Source: Candidatus Obscuribacteraceae bacterium (GTDB lineage: Bacteria; Cyanobacteriota; Vampirovibrionia; Obscuribacterales; Obscuribacteraceae). Taken from it: a DNA stretch of 64,000 bases. The first letter of the stretch is position 1, and every line of letters starts with the position of its first letter. The position numbers and the translations under genes were made by a program. The stretch lies in assembly GCA_044229845.1 (NCBI GenBank), contig JBGASG010000001.1:768001-832000 (forward strand), written 5' to 3'. This document shows positions 55,724 through 64,000 of this stretch, one piece after another. The notes under the pieces were generated by a model. That model saw nothing but the letters and a program-made list of their open reading frames with translations. It was not told where the DNA came from and did no database searches.

Positions 55724-57136
55724 GTGCATACCGCGAAGGTTTCTAAGCTGATGCTGGCGCTGACGGCGCTGGTATTGCTTGCGCTGCCTTTTGCACAGCC
55801 GTCCCGGGCGCAAGACGATGTCACACCTTTGATGAGCAATCTGGTTCAGGGTGATGAGGAAGCCGGCGGACAGAGCAATTACTATAGCTTCGTGGCGGGA
55901 CCCGGCGACTTTACCGTGACAGGCAGTGGTGCTACAAATTCGGAGTCGTCCACCCTCAACGTCGTCGTCCGCGATTCCGAGGATATTGAACTGTGCAACA
56001 TGGTGGTGCCCGCATCGGCGGGAGCCCGTCCCGTGACCTGCAAGCCGATTCACCTGAAGCGGCAAATGCCGCTTACCATGCAAGTTTTGTTCGGCGAGCG
56101 GGTTGGGGTGCACATCCGCTATCAGATCAGGCTCAGCGGTGCCGTTGGCATGCAAGGAGCTGCCCAGCCGCCCCAGATGCCGAAGGTGGCTACGGCGCCC
56201 GACTTCGAGAGGGAGATTGCCGTTTCTCCGCCTCCGTCAGTGCCGGTGACCACCAGAGCGGCAACCACCGTGGCGGTAATGCCGCCCCCGGCCGCCAAAG
56301 AACTCAGCATTGCGCCGACCGACGCCGCAGATATTATCAACACTCCCGTAACAGACAAGTGGGCGCTGATCGTTGGTGTCAGCCAGTTTCAGAAACCGGA
56401 ACTCAATCTCAAATATCCGGCAAAGGACGCCACGGATCTTTATGATTACCTGACCAAGGAAGCCAATTTCGCACCAGATCATGTGAGGCTCCTGCTCAAC
56501 GAAAAGGCTACCAAGCAAAACGTGATTCGCGAGCTGGGCGATAACTTTTTGCCTCGCTTGGCTCGACCGGATGACCTGGTTGTGATTTTCATATCCAGCC
56601 ACGGCAGCCCGTCGCAGGCTGATCTTGAGGGTCTCAATTATTTAGTGCTGTACAACACCGATCCAAAGAGCCTTTATTCAACCGGGCTTTCCCTCGATGA
56701 ACTGTCATCGGCAATCAAGCATCGCATCAAAGCCAAGCGCGTGGTGCTGATCGTAGATGCCTGTCACAGTGCGGCGATGGACATCGCGTCCAAGGGAATA
56801 ACGCGCCAGGGAAATGTCGACAGCAAAGCACTGTTGGCCGGCACCGGACAACTGGTTATTTGTTCGAGCTCACCCAGTGAGGTGTCGTGGGAATCGGAGC
56901 GCTACAAAAATGGTGTGTTCACGCGTCAGCTGATTGAAGCGCTGCGGGTGAACTCCGGCAAGGTGCCCCTCAAACAGGCTTTCGAAAAACTGAAGAAGTC
57001 GGTTGTGGAAGAAGTTCTCTACGATCGCAAAGAGCTGCAAACTCCCGTGTTCAGCAGCAAGTGGAGCGGTGATGAACTGATTCTATCCACGCCGCCGACC
57101 AGCCCTCGTAACGTTCCTGAAGACATCGATCACTAG
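55724..57136 (+). CDS. Secreted caspase-like (C14) peptidase with N-terminal beta-sandwich-like domain
   Basis: Signal peptide; KWALIVGVS, ISSHG (His), DACHS (Cys), GVFT..L..AL, Q.P. Confidence 0.9.
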   Translation: MHTAKVSKLMLALTALVLLALPFAQPSRAQDDVTPLMSNLVQGDEEAGGQSNYYSFVAGPGDFTVTGSGATNSESSTLNVVVRDSEDIELCNMVVPASAGARPVTCKPIHLKRQMPLTMQVLFGERVGVHIRYQIRLSGAVGMQGAAQPPQMPKVATAPDFEREIAVSPPPSVPVTTRAATTVAVMPPPAAKELSIAPTDAADIINTPVTDKWALIVGVSQFQKPELNLKYPAKDATDLYDYLTKEANFAPDHVRLLLNEKATKQNVIRELGDNFLPRLARPDDLVVIFISSHGSPSQADLEGLNYLVLYNTDPKSLYSTGLSLDELSSAIKHRIKAKRVVLIVDACHSAAMDIASKGITRQGNVDSKALLAGTGQLVICSSSPSEVSWESERYKNGVFTRQLIEALRVNSGKVPLKQAFEKLKKSVVEEVLYDRKELQTPVFSSKWSGDELILSTPPTSPRNVPEDIDH

Positions 57137-57140
57137 TTCA

Positions 57141-58091
57141 CTAGTTTTTCGCTTGCGTTTTCTTTGCCAGCCGACGCCATTCCGCCTTTTTAAGTCTGGC
57201 AGCCTTTTGCAGTACCTGCATGCGCTGCACGTACATGTCGGTGGCTTTGTCGGCATCGTCCGCGGCCGAAAGTCCGCGCGCAATCTCATCGAGATCGGCG
57301 GTCTTTGGCGTCACTTTGAAGGGCTTGCCGACTACGGCGCTGGCACCATAATTCTGGTGCCCGAACAGATTGCGAAACTTCTTCAGTCCAAGCCCCTGGA
57401 CCATCTTCTGGAAGAGCGTTGCATCTTTGGGATCGACTCGGTAATAGAGACCGATGGGCACGATCCAGATCGGCTCTTTGCGCTTGCGGGCAGCCATTTT
57501 GGCAATCAGCATAGTGCCTGATTTGAAGTCGGTGCGCCGCAACTCCTGGTCGGGAGTCAACTGTCCCTGCGGGAATATGACCATGCAGACATCGGGTCCG
57601 CCAGAAGCGAGGGCCGCGATCGTGGCTTTGAATGCCCTTGTGCGCGCCTCCTGATCTTCTTCGTTGACGGCGATTGCTCCGGTCATTGCCGCTACCCAAC
57701 CGCGCCACCCCTGCACTTCGGTAGTGCGAATCAAGTAATACATGGGACGCACACCGAGCAACGCGGATATGACTGATGCGTCGCCGGCGTCTACATGGAA
57801 TGGTGCGAGGATCATGGGACCCGACTGCGGCAGACGATGACGACCTCTGATCACAATCGGACCGACTTCCATAAAGCCCAGCAAAATGCAGAGGACTCGC
57901 ATCAGTCGGGCGGTCAAGTAAGTGGGAGTTGGTGGCACATAGCCACCGCCGCGGCACATGTGGACGTGCGGTCGCCAGTACGTAACGCCTTTGAACATCA
58001 AATTGCAAGAAACGAAGCACAGCGCCACGACGATCAGAAACGCCACCGTAATCGGTATCATGATCGGAATACTGCTGAGTGAGCCGGGCAT
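57141..58091 (-). CDS. Lysophospholipid acyltransferase (PlsC-like)
   Basis: N-terminal TM; HxxxxD (HVDAGD), IFPQG, FKSG, IVPIGL.Y; start uncertain. Confidence 0.8.
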   Translation of the reverse strand: MPGSLSSIPIMIPITVAFLIVVALCFVSCNLMFKGVTYWRPHVHMCRGGGYVPPTPTYLTARLMRVLCILLGFMEVGPIVIRGRHRLPQSGPMILAPFHVDAGDASVISALLGVRPMYYLIRTTEVQGWRGWVAAMTGAIAVNEEDQEARTRAFKATIAALASGGPDVCMVIFPQGQLTPDQELRRTDFKSGTMLIAKMAARKRKEPIWIVPIGLYYRVDPKDATLFQKMVQGLGLKKFRNLFGHQNYGASAVVGKPFKVTPKTADLDEIARGLSAADDADKATDMYVQRMQVLQKAARLKKAEWRRLAKKTQAKN

Positions 58092-58158
58092 TGGTGAGAA
58101 ACCGAGAAAGTGCAAGTTGTGCCTGAAAAGATATACCCGGCGATGGCATAATCAATTT

Positions 58159-58878
58159 ATGGCATCTGGTCAAACCATGACTCGCAGCGCTCGGCACATC
58201 CTCAAGCAGGTGCAGCCCGGGCTGTGGCAGATCATTTTTCCGTTTCCCGCCCCGACCAACTGCTGGCTGTTTAAGGAAGACGACGGGCTGACGCTCGTGG
58301 ATGCCGGGCACTGGTGGAGTGGACCGATTATCCTCGATGCTGCCGCATGTATCGGACAGCCGATTAAGCGCATCGTGATCACGCATGCCCACCCCGATCA
58401 TGCCGGCGCCGCCGGTGCGGTGGCTGCCGCCAGTGGCGCCGCTGTGCTGGCTCACCAGGACGAAGCACCATTTTTGACGGGGCAGCGGTCTATGGCGCAG
58501 GAAGAAGGGTACTGGTTGTCACGCGCCGTGCTGTCGGGCGCAAAGATTGTCGGGGTGCTGGATAGTCCGCCCATAGACCCGGTGCTGCCTGTGCAGCACG
58601 GCGACATGATTGAGAACCTGCAAGTCATCCACACGCCCGGACATACCCCGGGCAGCATCAGCCTCTGGTCTGAGAAGGAAAAAGCGATTTTTTGCGGCGA
58701 TAACTTGATCTACAGCTTTCGTTTATTGCGCATCGGGCTGCCCTGGTTTACGCTCGATCACTCCCGCCAGAATTCCAGCCTGCGTGAATATGCCGAACGT
58801 CCGGCGCGACTGTTGCTGTCTGGACACGGACCTGTGTTCGAGGGAGATGTGCCCGCTGCGGTGAGGCGACTTATCTAA
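58159..58878 (+). CDS. Metallo-beta-lactamase-fold hydrolase
   Basis: TLVDAG, THAHPDHAG, TPGHTPG, FCGD, GHG. Confidence 0.92.
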   Translation: MASGQTMTRSARHILKQVQPGLWQIIFPFPAPTNCWLFKEDDGLTLVDAGHWWSGPIILDAAACIGQPIKRIVITHAHPDHAGAAGAVAAASGAAVLAHQDEAPFLTGQRSMAQEEGYWLSRAVLSGAKIVGVLDSPPIDPVLPVQHGDMIENLQVIHTPGHTPGSISLWSEKEKAIFCGDNLIYSFRLLRIGLPWFTLDHSRQNSSLREYAERPARLLLSGHGPVFEGDVPAAVRRLI

Positions 58879-59633
58879 ATCATGCGCGATGCGCGCGAAC
58901 GATGGGCCAGCAACCAGGAAAATAGACCTGGTTCCTGTACGCCGCGCAATAATGAATCGTGACCGACGCCTTCGTATTCGGTGAGACGCACGTCGGCGCC
59001 CAACTTTCTAAGTTCGCTATCGAGCAGTCGCGGTTCGCTGATTGGGCAGGGCTCGTCGGCGGTGCCGTGAATAAACCAGATTGGCACTTGCTGCACGGCT
59101 TGAGCGATAAAAGGACCTTGATGCTCGGGAGGCATCATGTACATGTTGTAGAACAAGTCTTGTTGGGACTTCTCTTCGGGCAAGAGGGGCGGCAGGTCTG
59201 GCTCTTCCCAGGTAATACCGACCGCGATGGCGCCGATGGCGGCAAAACGGTTGGGATGTCTGGCCGTCAACCAGAGGCTGCTCGTCGATCCCATTGAGTA
59301 GCCGAGCAGGGAGATGCGCGTCGTGTCGACATTGAAGTCACGCACTGCATCGTCTATGGCGGCAAACACCAGTTTTTCCATGTCTCCGTAATAGGCTCGG
59401 TAAACATCGCGGCATTGAGGAAACAGCATCACAGCTGGTGGCTTGACGACTTCGTCGATGACGTGATTGAGTCCGCTGCTCAACATGGCGGACGGATCCG
59501 ATCCGCGCTCACCAACTCCATGCATAAAGACGACGACTGGCGGTTTGGCATCCAGATCAATGCCGTCCGGCACATAGCGATAGCAAGAGTAGGGAATGTG
59601 CGGGTTGTCTGATGTGTGCAGATGAAAGGACAT
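58875..59633 (-). CDS. Alpha/beta hydrolase (predicted peptidase/esterase)
   Basis: P.VVFMHG.GERG.D, GYSMG, PIW.IHG..D, Y.GVGH. Confidence 0.88.
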   Translation of the reverse strand: MSFHLHTSDNPHIPYSCYRYVPDGIDLDAKPPVVVFMHGVGERGSDPSAMLSSGLNHVIDEVVKPPAVMLFPQCRDVYRAYYGDMEKLVFAAIDDAVRDFNVDTTRISLLGYSMGSTSSLWLTARHPNRFAAIGAIAVGITWEEPDLPPLLPEEKSQQDLFYNMYMMPPEHQGPFIAQAVQQVPIWFIHGTADEPCPISEPRLLDSELRKLGADVRLTEYEGVGHDSLLRGVQEPGLFSWLLAHRSRASRMI

Positions 59634-59749
59634 GGGACGCCTCGAGAGTTAATTTCCGCCGCCTCAGTATGGTATCAAACTAACTCTTTGCCTGGCTAAG
59701 CCCCTAGGTATATAGTGGTGGGACAACTCTGAAGTCAGACGGACGCAAA

Positions 59750-60421
59750 GTGGCGAAAATCCTTGTTGTCGAAGACGAAGAAGACCTGGCCAGTGTGGTC
59801 CGCGATTGGCTGGTACGGGACAACCATACCGTCGAAGTTGTAGATGACGGCGAGGCTGCCCTTGAAGATCTGATGATGCACAAGTTCGATCTCGTCGTGC
59901 TTGATTTGATGCTCCCAAAGTTGAACGGGCTGGAGATCTGTCGCAGATATCGCGCCAAGGGCGGGGATGCGCACATTCTGATGTTGACCGCACAATCTTC
60001 GCTTGATGACCGTGAAGCCGGGCTGGATATCGGTGCCGATGACTACTTGCCGAAGCCCTTCGAGCTGCGTGAACTGGTGGCGCGCGTGCGCGCACTCTTG
60101 CGCAGACCTTCCGCGCGCGTTCCGGAAACAGTGACCCTGGGCGAGCTTGTCATCGATATTCGTCAGGCAAGAGTGACCAAGTGCGGCGCCGAAGTGAAAC
60201 TGGTTCCGAAGGAGCTTGATCTGCTTTTATTTCTGGTGCGTCATCCGGGACAACACTTCACCGCGGAAGCCCTGCTCGAGCGCGTCTGGTCCTCGTCGGC
60301 GACACCACTGCCTGAGACAGTCAGAACTCACGTCAAGACGCTGCGCAAGAAAATCGACACGCCCGGGAAGCCCTCTGTGATCACTCACGTCCCCGGTTTT
60401 GGTTACAAACTAGAGCAGTGA
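59750..60421 (+). CDS. OmpR-family response regulator
   Basis: KILVVEDE, LDLMLP, GADDYL.KPF, VRTHVK.LRKKI, G.GYKL. Confidence 0.95.
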   Translation: MAKILVVEDEEDLASVVRDWLVRDNHTVEVVDDGEAALEDLMMHKFDLVVLDLMLPKLNGLEICRRYRAKGGDAHILMLTAQSSLDDREAGLDIGADDYLPKPFELRELVARVRALLRRPSARVPETVTLGELVIDIRQARVTKCGAEVKLVPKELDLLLFLVRHPGQHFTAEALLERVWSSSATPLPETVRTHVKTLRKKIDTPGKPSVITHVPGFGYKLEQ

Positions 60422-61650
60422 AAATATTTCTCAAGCCGCGCTGGCGAATTATGATTGTTTTCGCAGTGCTGGCCAGCACCTTTTGCATTGTTGCCGGCAC
60501 CGTGGTCGACCGCATGTTTTACGACAGGTTGACCGACGCCATCGATCAAGAATTGACCGCACTTGCTGATGAGCTCAGCGCCTTCGTCGACCTCACGGAT
60601 CAAAAGCCCGATCTCGATCCCTGGCACCGCAAGGCGGGCATGATGCCTCGTTCTTTCGTCAACATAGCGCTCTACAATCCTGAAGGAAACTTGCTGGAGA
60701 GCTACGGACCAGAACCGTTCAAGGAAGTGATCAGCAATAAGTCCGAATTGATGCTGAACGGCGAGATGGTGCGAGCACTTTCAAGGAAGCTCGAGAGCAG
60801 CGGTAAGCATGTCGGATATTTGCAAATAATGGTCTCAACTCGGTCGCGTGACCAGGCGATGAACGAGTTGACTAATCTAATGCGCCTGGCACTACCTGTG
60901 GTGTTGCTCTGCTTCACCGTTGCGGGTTATTTCTTTTCTGGCTGGGCGATGAAACCGATCGAACAGGCCTTTGCAGGACACAAGCGTTTCATGAGCGATG
61001 CCAGTCACGAACTGAAAACTCCGCTCACCATCGCGCAGACTCACAGCGAAGCTCTGGAAGCAGAACTGGAAGAGCAAAACGTCAAAACGAACCGCTTGCA
61101 GATCATTCGTAGTGCGCACTCCCGCATTCATCGACTCATAGATGACCTGCTCTTGCTCACGCAAACCGAAGCTCAACGCTCCACACACATAGTCGAGGGC
61201 GTTTCCGCCAATCAGATGGTCACTTCGCTGGTTGAAGATTTCCAGGAGAAGTACAAAACTAAAGGCATCGACTTGCGCCTGGAGCTAGGTAACCCAGATG
61301 CAATTCTGCGCTGCGACCCAGAGATGATCAGGCGTGCAGTTTCCAACTTGATTGAAAATGCGTGGCGCTACACAGACAGTGGCGGTCAGGTCAAAGTGTC
61401 GGTGAGCGCCAATCGCGGTGAAGCAAAACTGACTGTGCAGGATAGTGGCATTGGTATCGCGGCGGAGGCTCTGCCGTTTCTTTTCGACCGCTTCTACCGG
61501 GTGGACGCTTCTCGTTCGAGCAAAGAGGGCGGCTCTGGGCTCGGGCTGTCGATCGTGAAAGCGATTGTCGAAGGGCACGGCGGGCACGTGACTGTGGCAA
61601 GCTCAGCCGGGGCGGGCAGCACTTTTACGGTCACGCTTCCGTCTGCTTGA
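60418..61650 (+). CDS. Sensor histidine kinase
   Basis: Two TM segments, DASHELKTPL, NLIENA.RY, DSGIGI, FDRFYRVD.SR, GSGLGLSI; GTGA overlap with the regulator. Confidence 0.95.
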   Translation: MKIFLKPRWRIMIVFAVLASTFCIVAGTVVDRMFYDRLTDAIDQELTALADELSAFVDLTDQKPDLDPWHRKAGMMPRSFVNIALYNPEGNLLESYGPEPFKEVISNKSELMLNGEMVRALSRKLESSGKHVGYLQIMVSTRSRDQAMNELTNLMRLALPVVLLCFTVAGYFFSGWAMKPIEQAFAGHKRFMSDASHELKTPLTIAQTHSEALEAELEEQNVKTNRLQIIRSAHSRIHRLIDDLLLLTQTEAQRSTHIVEGVSANQMVTSLVEDFQEKYKTKGIDLRLELGNPDAILRCDPEMIRRAVSNLIENAWRYTDSGGQVKVSVSANRGEAKLTVQDSGIGIAAEALPFLFDRFYRVDASRSSKEGGSGLGLSIVKAIVEGHGGHVTVASSAGAGSTFTVTLPSA

Positions 61651-61671
61651 GTCCATAAATAGGTGAATGAT

Positions 61672-61688
61672 CTTCACACCCACTTCAC
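61672..61688 (+). promoter_or_regulatory. OmpR-type tandem box upstream of the second RND permease
   Basis: CTTCAC-N5-CTTCAC, 11-bp period. Confidence 0.5.
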
Positions 61689-61784
61689 GGTGAGTGCTTA
61701 ACCTGATTCATGTATCGATCTGTGTTTGCAGAGACACAGCCTTGATTGCACTGTCAGACACACGTTTTGGGCTAAGACGAAGTC

Positions 61785-64000
61785 GTGAAAAAGTTTTTCG
61801 AGCAGATATTGCAGAAACGTTCGTTCGTGCTCATTCTGGTGATGTTGCTGGTTGGTTGCGGCATCGCCGCTTACCAGAAATTGCCTCTGGAAGCCTATCC
61901 GGATATTGCCAACATGCAAGTGCGCGTGATCACGCAAGTGCCCGGCAAAGCCGCCGAAGAGGTTGAGAGGCTGGTGACCATTCCGCTCGAGAAAGAGTTG
62001 AATGGCATACCGCACAGCATGCCGCCGCGCTCCGTTTCGATTTTTGGTCTGTCGGTGATTACAGTTGTTTTCGATGACGACAGCGATCCCTACGTTGCAC
62101 GCCAGCAGGTTCTGGAGCGTATTGCTCAGGCTGATGTCCCGGACACCGTGCACCCTGAACTGGACCCCAATGCGTCCCCGGTCGGCGAGATCTATCGGTA
62201 CACCGTGGAGGGCAAAAACTGGTCGGCTATGGATCGCAAGGAAGTGCAGGACTGGCTTCTGACCCGCAAGTTCAAAAGCGTTCCCGGCATTGTCGACTCC
62301 ACAAGTTTTGGCGGACCCACGAAGATTTTTCAGATCGAGCTCGACCCGGTGCGTATGCACGCGCACAACTTGACGCAGGCTCAGGTTTTCGATGCGGTAG
62401 CCGAGGCGAATGGTTCGACCGGCGGTAGCTATCTGGTGCAGAACGGTCAGGATTACATGGTGCGGGGCATCGGACTTCTGCACAATGTGTCCGATATTGA
62501 AAATGTGGTGGTGGCAGCGACCAGCGAAGACGGCGTCCCTGTTTATGTCAAGGATGTCGCTGCCGTCTCGGTGGGCGCGGCGGTGCGCAAAGGGCAAGTC
62601 GGCAAGAACGAAGACGACGATGTGGTCGAGGGCATTTTGCTGATGCGGCGCGGCGAAAACCCTTCCAGCGCCATCGGCAATTTGCAGGACGCCTGGCCCG
62701 GCATTGCCGGTTCTATGCCGCCGGGGATGAAACTGGAACCGCTGTACGACCGCACGGCTCTGGTGCGTAAAACCATGGATACCATCGGACACAATGTCAT
62801 CGAGGGCATCATTCTGGTGGTGGTGCTGCTCATGGTGTTTCTCTTCTCTGTTCGCGGCTCGCTGGTCTGCGCAATGGTCATACCATTGGCATTGCTGACG
62901 GCATTCATTCTGCTCACCATATTCAAAGTGCCTGCCAATTTGCTCTCGCTTGGTGCTATCGACTTCGGCATCATCATCGATGGTGCGGTTGTGCTCCTGG
63001 AGAACATTCATCGCCACCTGCACACGCACAACGAAAAGCTTTCCGAAGCCATAGTCAATGCGGCCAGCGAGGTCGCGAAGCCGATTCTATTTTCGACTGC
63101 GATCATCTTTTTGACGTTTCTGCCAATCTTGTCATTCGACGGTGTGGAGGGGAAATTATTCCGGCCGCTGGCGATCACGATGAACTTCAACCTGCTCGGT
63201 GCCGTGCTGGCGACCATGGTGGCGATGCCGGTCTTCTGCTATCTGGCTTATGTATGGCGCGCCGCCAGCGAACGAGAAAGCCCGATTACCGTGCGGCTTG
63301 AACGCGGCTACGAGCGGCTGCTTGCCTGGTCGATGAAAAACAGACTGATCGTTGTCGGCATCGCCGGCGGCGTAATAGCCACTTCGATGGTGCTGTTGCC
63401 TTTCCTGGGATCGGAATTTCTTCCGGAACTGGAAGAGGGGAATATCTGGATGCGGGCAACGGTGCTGCCCACCAGCGTGTCGCTCGATGAATCAGTGGCG
63501 AAGGCGCACATCATACGTGAGGTGTTGCGGTCGTATCCGGAAGTGACCAATGTCATATCGCAAATCGGCTCTCCGGACGACGGGACGGATCCCAACACGT
63601 ACAACAATATCGAGTTTCTTGTCGACCTCAAACCTCAGGACGACTGGCGCCCGCAGTTCAAGACGAAACAGCTGCTGGTGCAATCCATGAGCCGCGCGCT
63701 CAACGAGCGCGAGCCCGGCGTTCTTTATAACTTCTCCCAGTACATCAAAGACAACATGGATGAAACCATCGGTGGCGTCAAAGGTGAATTTGGTGCCAAG
63801 TTGTACGGACCGGACTTGAAGGTTCTGACGAAACTGGCGTCGCAAATCAAGAAGGCCTGCAACAGTGTCGACGGCATGGTCGACGTTTCTCACGATGAAT
63901 TGATCGGACAGCCGCAAGTGACCATCACCATCGATCAGTCACGGGCAGCTCGCTATGGTATCAATGCCAAGACAATTCTAGATATTGTCGAGACTTCTGT
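61785..64000 (+). CDS. czcA: CzcA/CusA-family heavy-metal efflux RND permease (copy 2), 3'-truncated by the window edge
   Basis: Not in the ORF track because it has no stop in the window. GTG at 61785 gives MKKFFEQILQKR...LEAYPDIANMQVRVIT...ANLLSLGAIDFG...; still in frame at the window end. Confidence 0.92.
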   Translation, partial: MKKFFEQILQKRSFVLILVMLLVGCGIAAYQKLPLEAYPDIANMQVRVITQVPGKAAEEVERLVTIPLEKELNGIPHSMPPRSVSIFGLSVITVVFDDDSDPYVARQQVLERIAQADVPDTVHPELDPNASPVGEIYRYTVEGKNWSAMDRKEVQDWLLTRKFKSVPGIVDSTSFGGPTKIFQIELDPVRMHAHNLTQAQVFDAVAEANGSTGGSYLVQNGQDYMVRGIGLLHNVSDIENVVVAATSEDGVPVYVKDVAAVSVGAAVRKGQVGKNEDDDVVEGILLMRRGENPSSAIGNLQDAWPGIAGSMPPGMKLEPLYDRTALVRKTMDTIGHNVIEGIILVVVLLMVFLFSVRGSLVCAMVIPLALLTAFILLTIFKVPANLLSLGAIDFGIIIDGAVVLLENIHRHLHTHNEKLSEAIVNAASEVAKPILFSTAIIFLTFLPILSFDGVEGKLFRPLAITMNFNLLGAVLATMVAMPVFCYLAYVWRAASERESPITVRLERGYERLLAWSMKNRLIVVGIAGGVIATSMVLLPFLGSEFLPELEEGNIWMRATVLPTSVSLDESVAKAHIIREVLRSYPEVTNVISQIGSPDDGTDPNTYNNIEFLVDLKPQDDWRPQFKTKQLLVQSMSRALNEREPGVLYNFSQYIKDNMDETIGGVKGEFGAKLYGPDLKVLTKLASQIKKACNSVDGMVDVSHDELIGQPQVTITIDQSRAARYGINAKTILDIVETS

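Noticed and set aside
58159..58878. Beta-lactamase resistance gene
   Set aside because: No signal peptide; generic glyoxalase-II-like MBL motifs only.

Overview
A 64-kb, gene-dense bacterial chromosomal segment with about 60 CDS and moderately high GC. I see no rRNA, tRNA, CRISPR array, integrase or transposase. The gene content suggests a non-photosynthetic cyanobacterial relative such as Vampirovibrionia/Melainabacteria; this is inference from a cyanobacterial-type LON-domain protein, many secreted low-complexity, TPR and matrixin proteins, and no photosynthesis genes. Housekeeping anchors are fabH, tex and glmM. Two CzcA/CusA-type RND pumps each sit beside an OmpR/histidine-kinase pair. 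Most interesting: (i) a signal-peptide-less hydrolase cluster at 10774-17210, comprising a giant YD-like beta-repeat protein with a C-terminal papain-like protease and an Asn/Tyr-rich tail, a PsbP-like partner, and a lysozyme-like plus CHAP-like enzyme, which looks like an antagonism/predation effector module; (ii) a shared four-unit 11-bp-period TGTGGA array upstream of both that cluster and an XRE-PAS regulator; (iii) a recurring ECF-type promoter (GGAAC-N17-GTC) before secreted proteins, including a Gly-rich/collagen/Asn-rich fibre-like protein; (iv) a convergent czcA/czcB pair carrying matching OmpR-type boxes. Four genes are interrupted (two in-frame stops, one frameshift, one deletion-fusion), which may be assembly errors or recent pseudogenisation. 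All family calls come from motif recognition by eye, not database searches.
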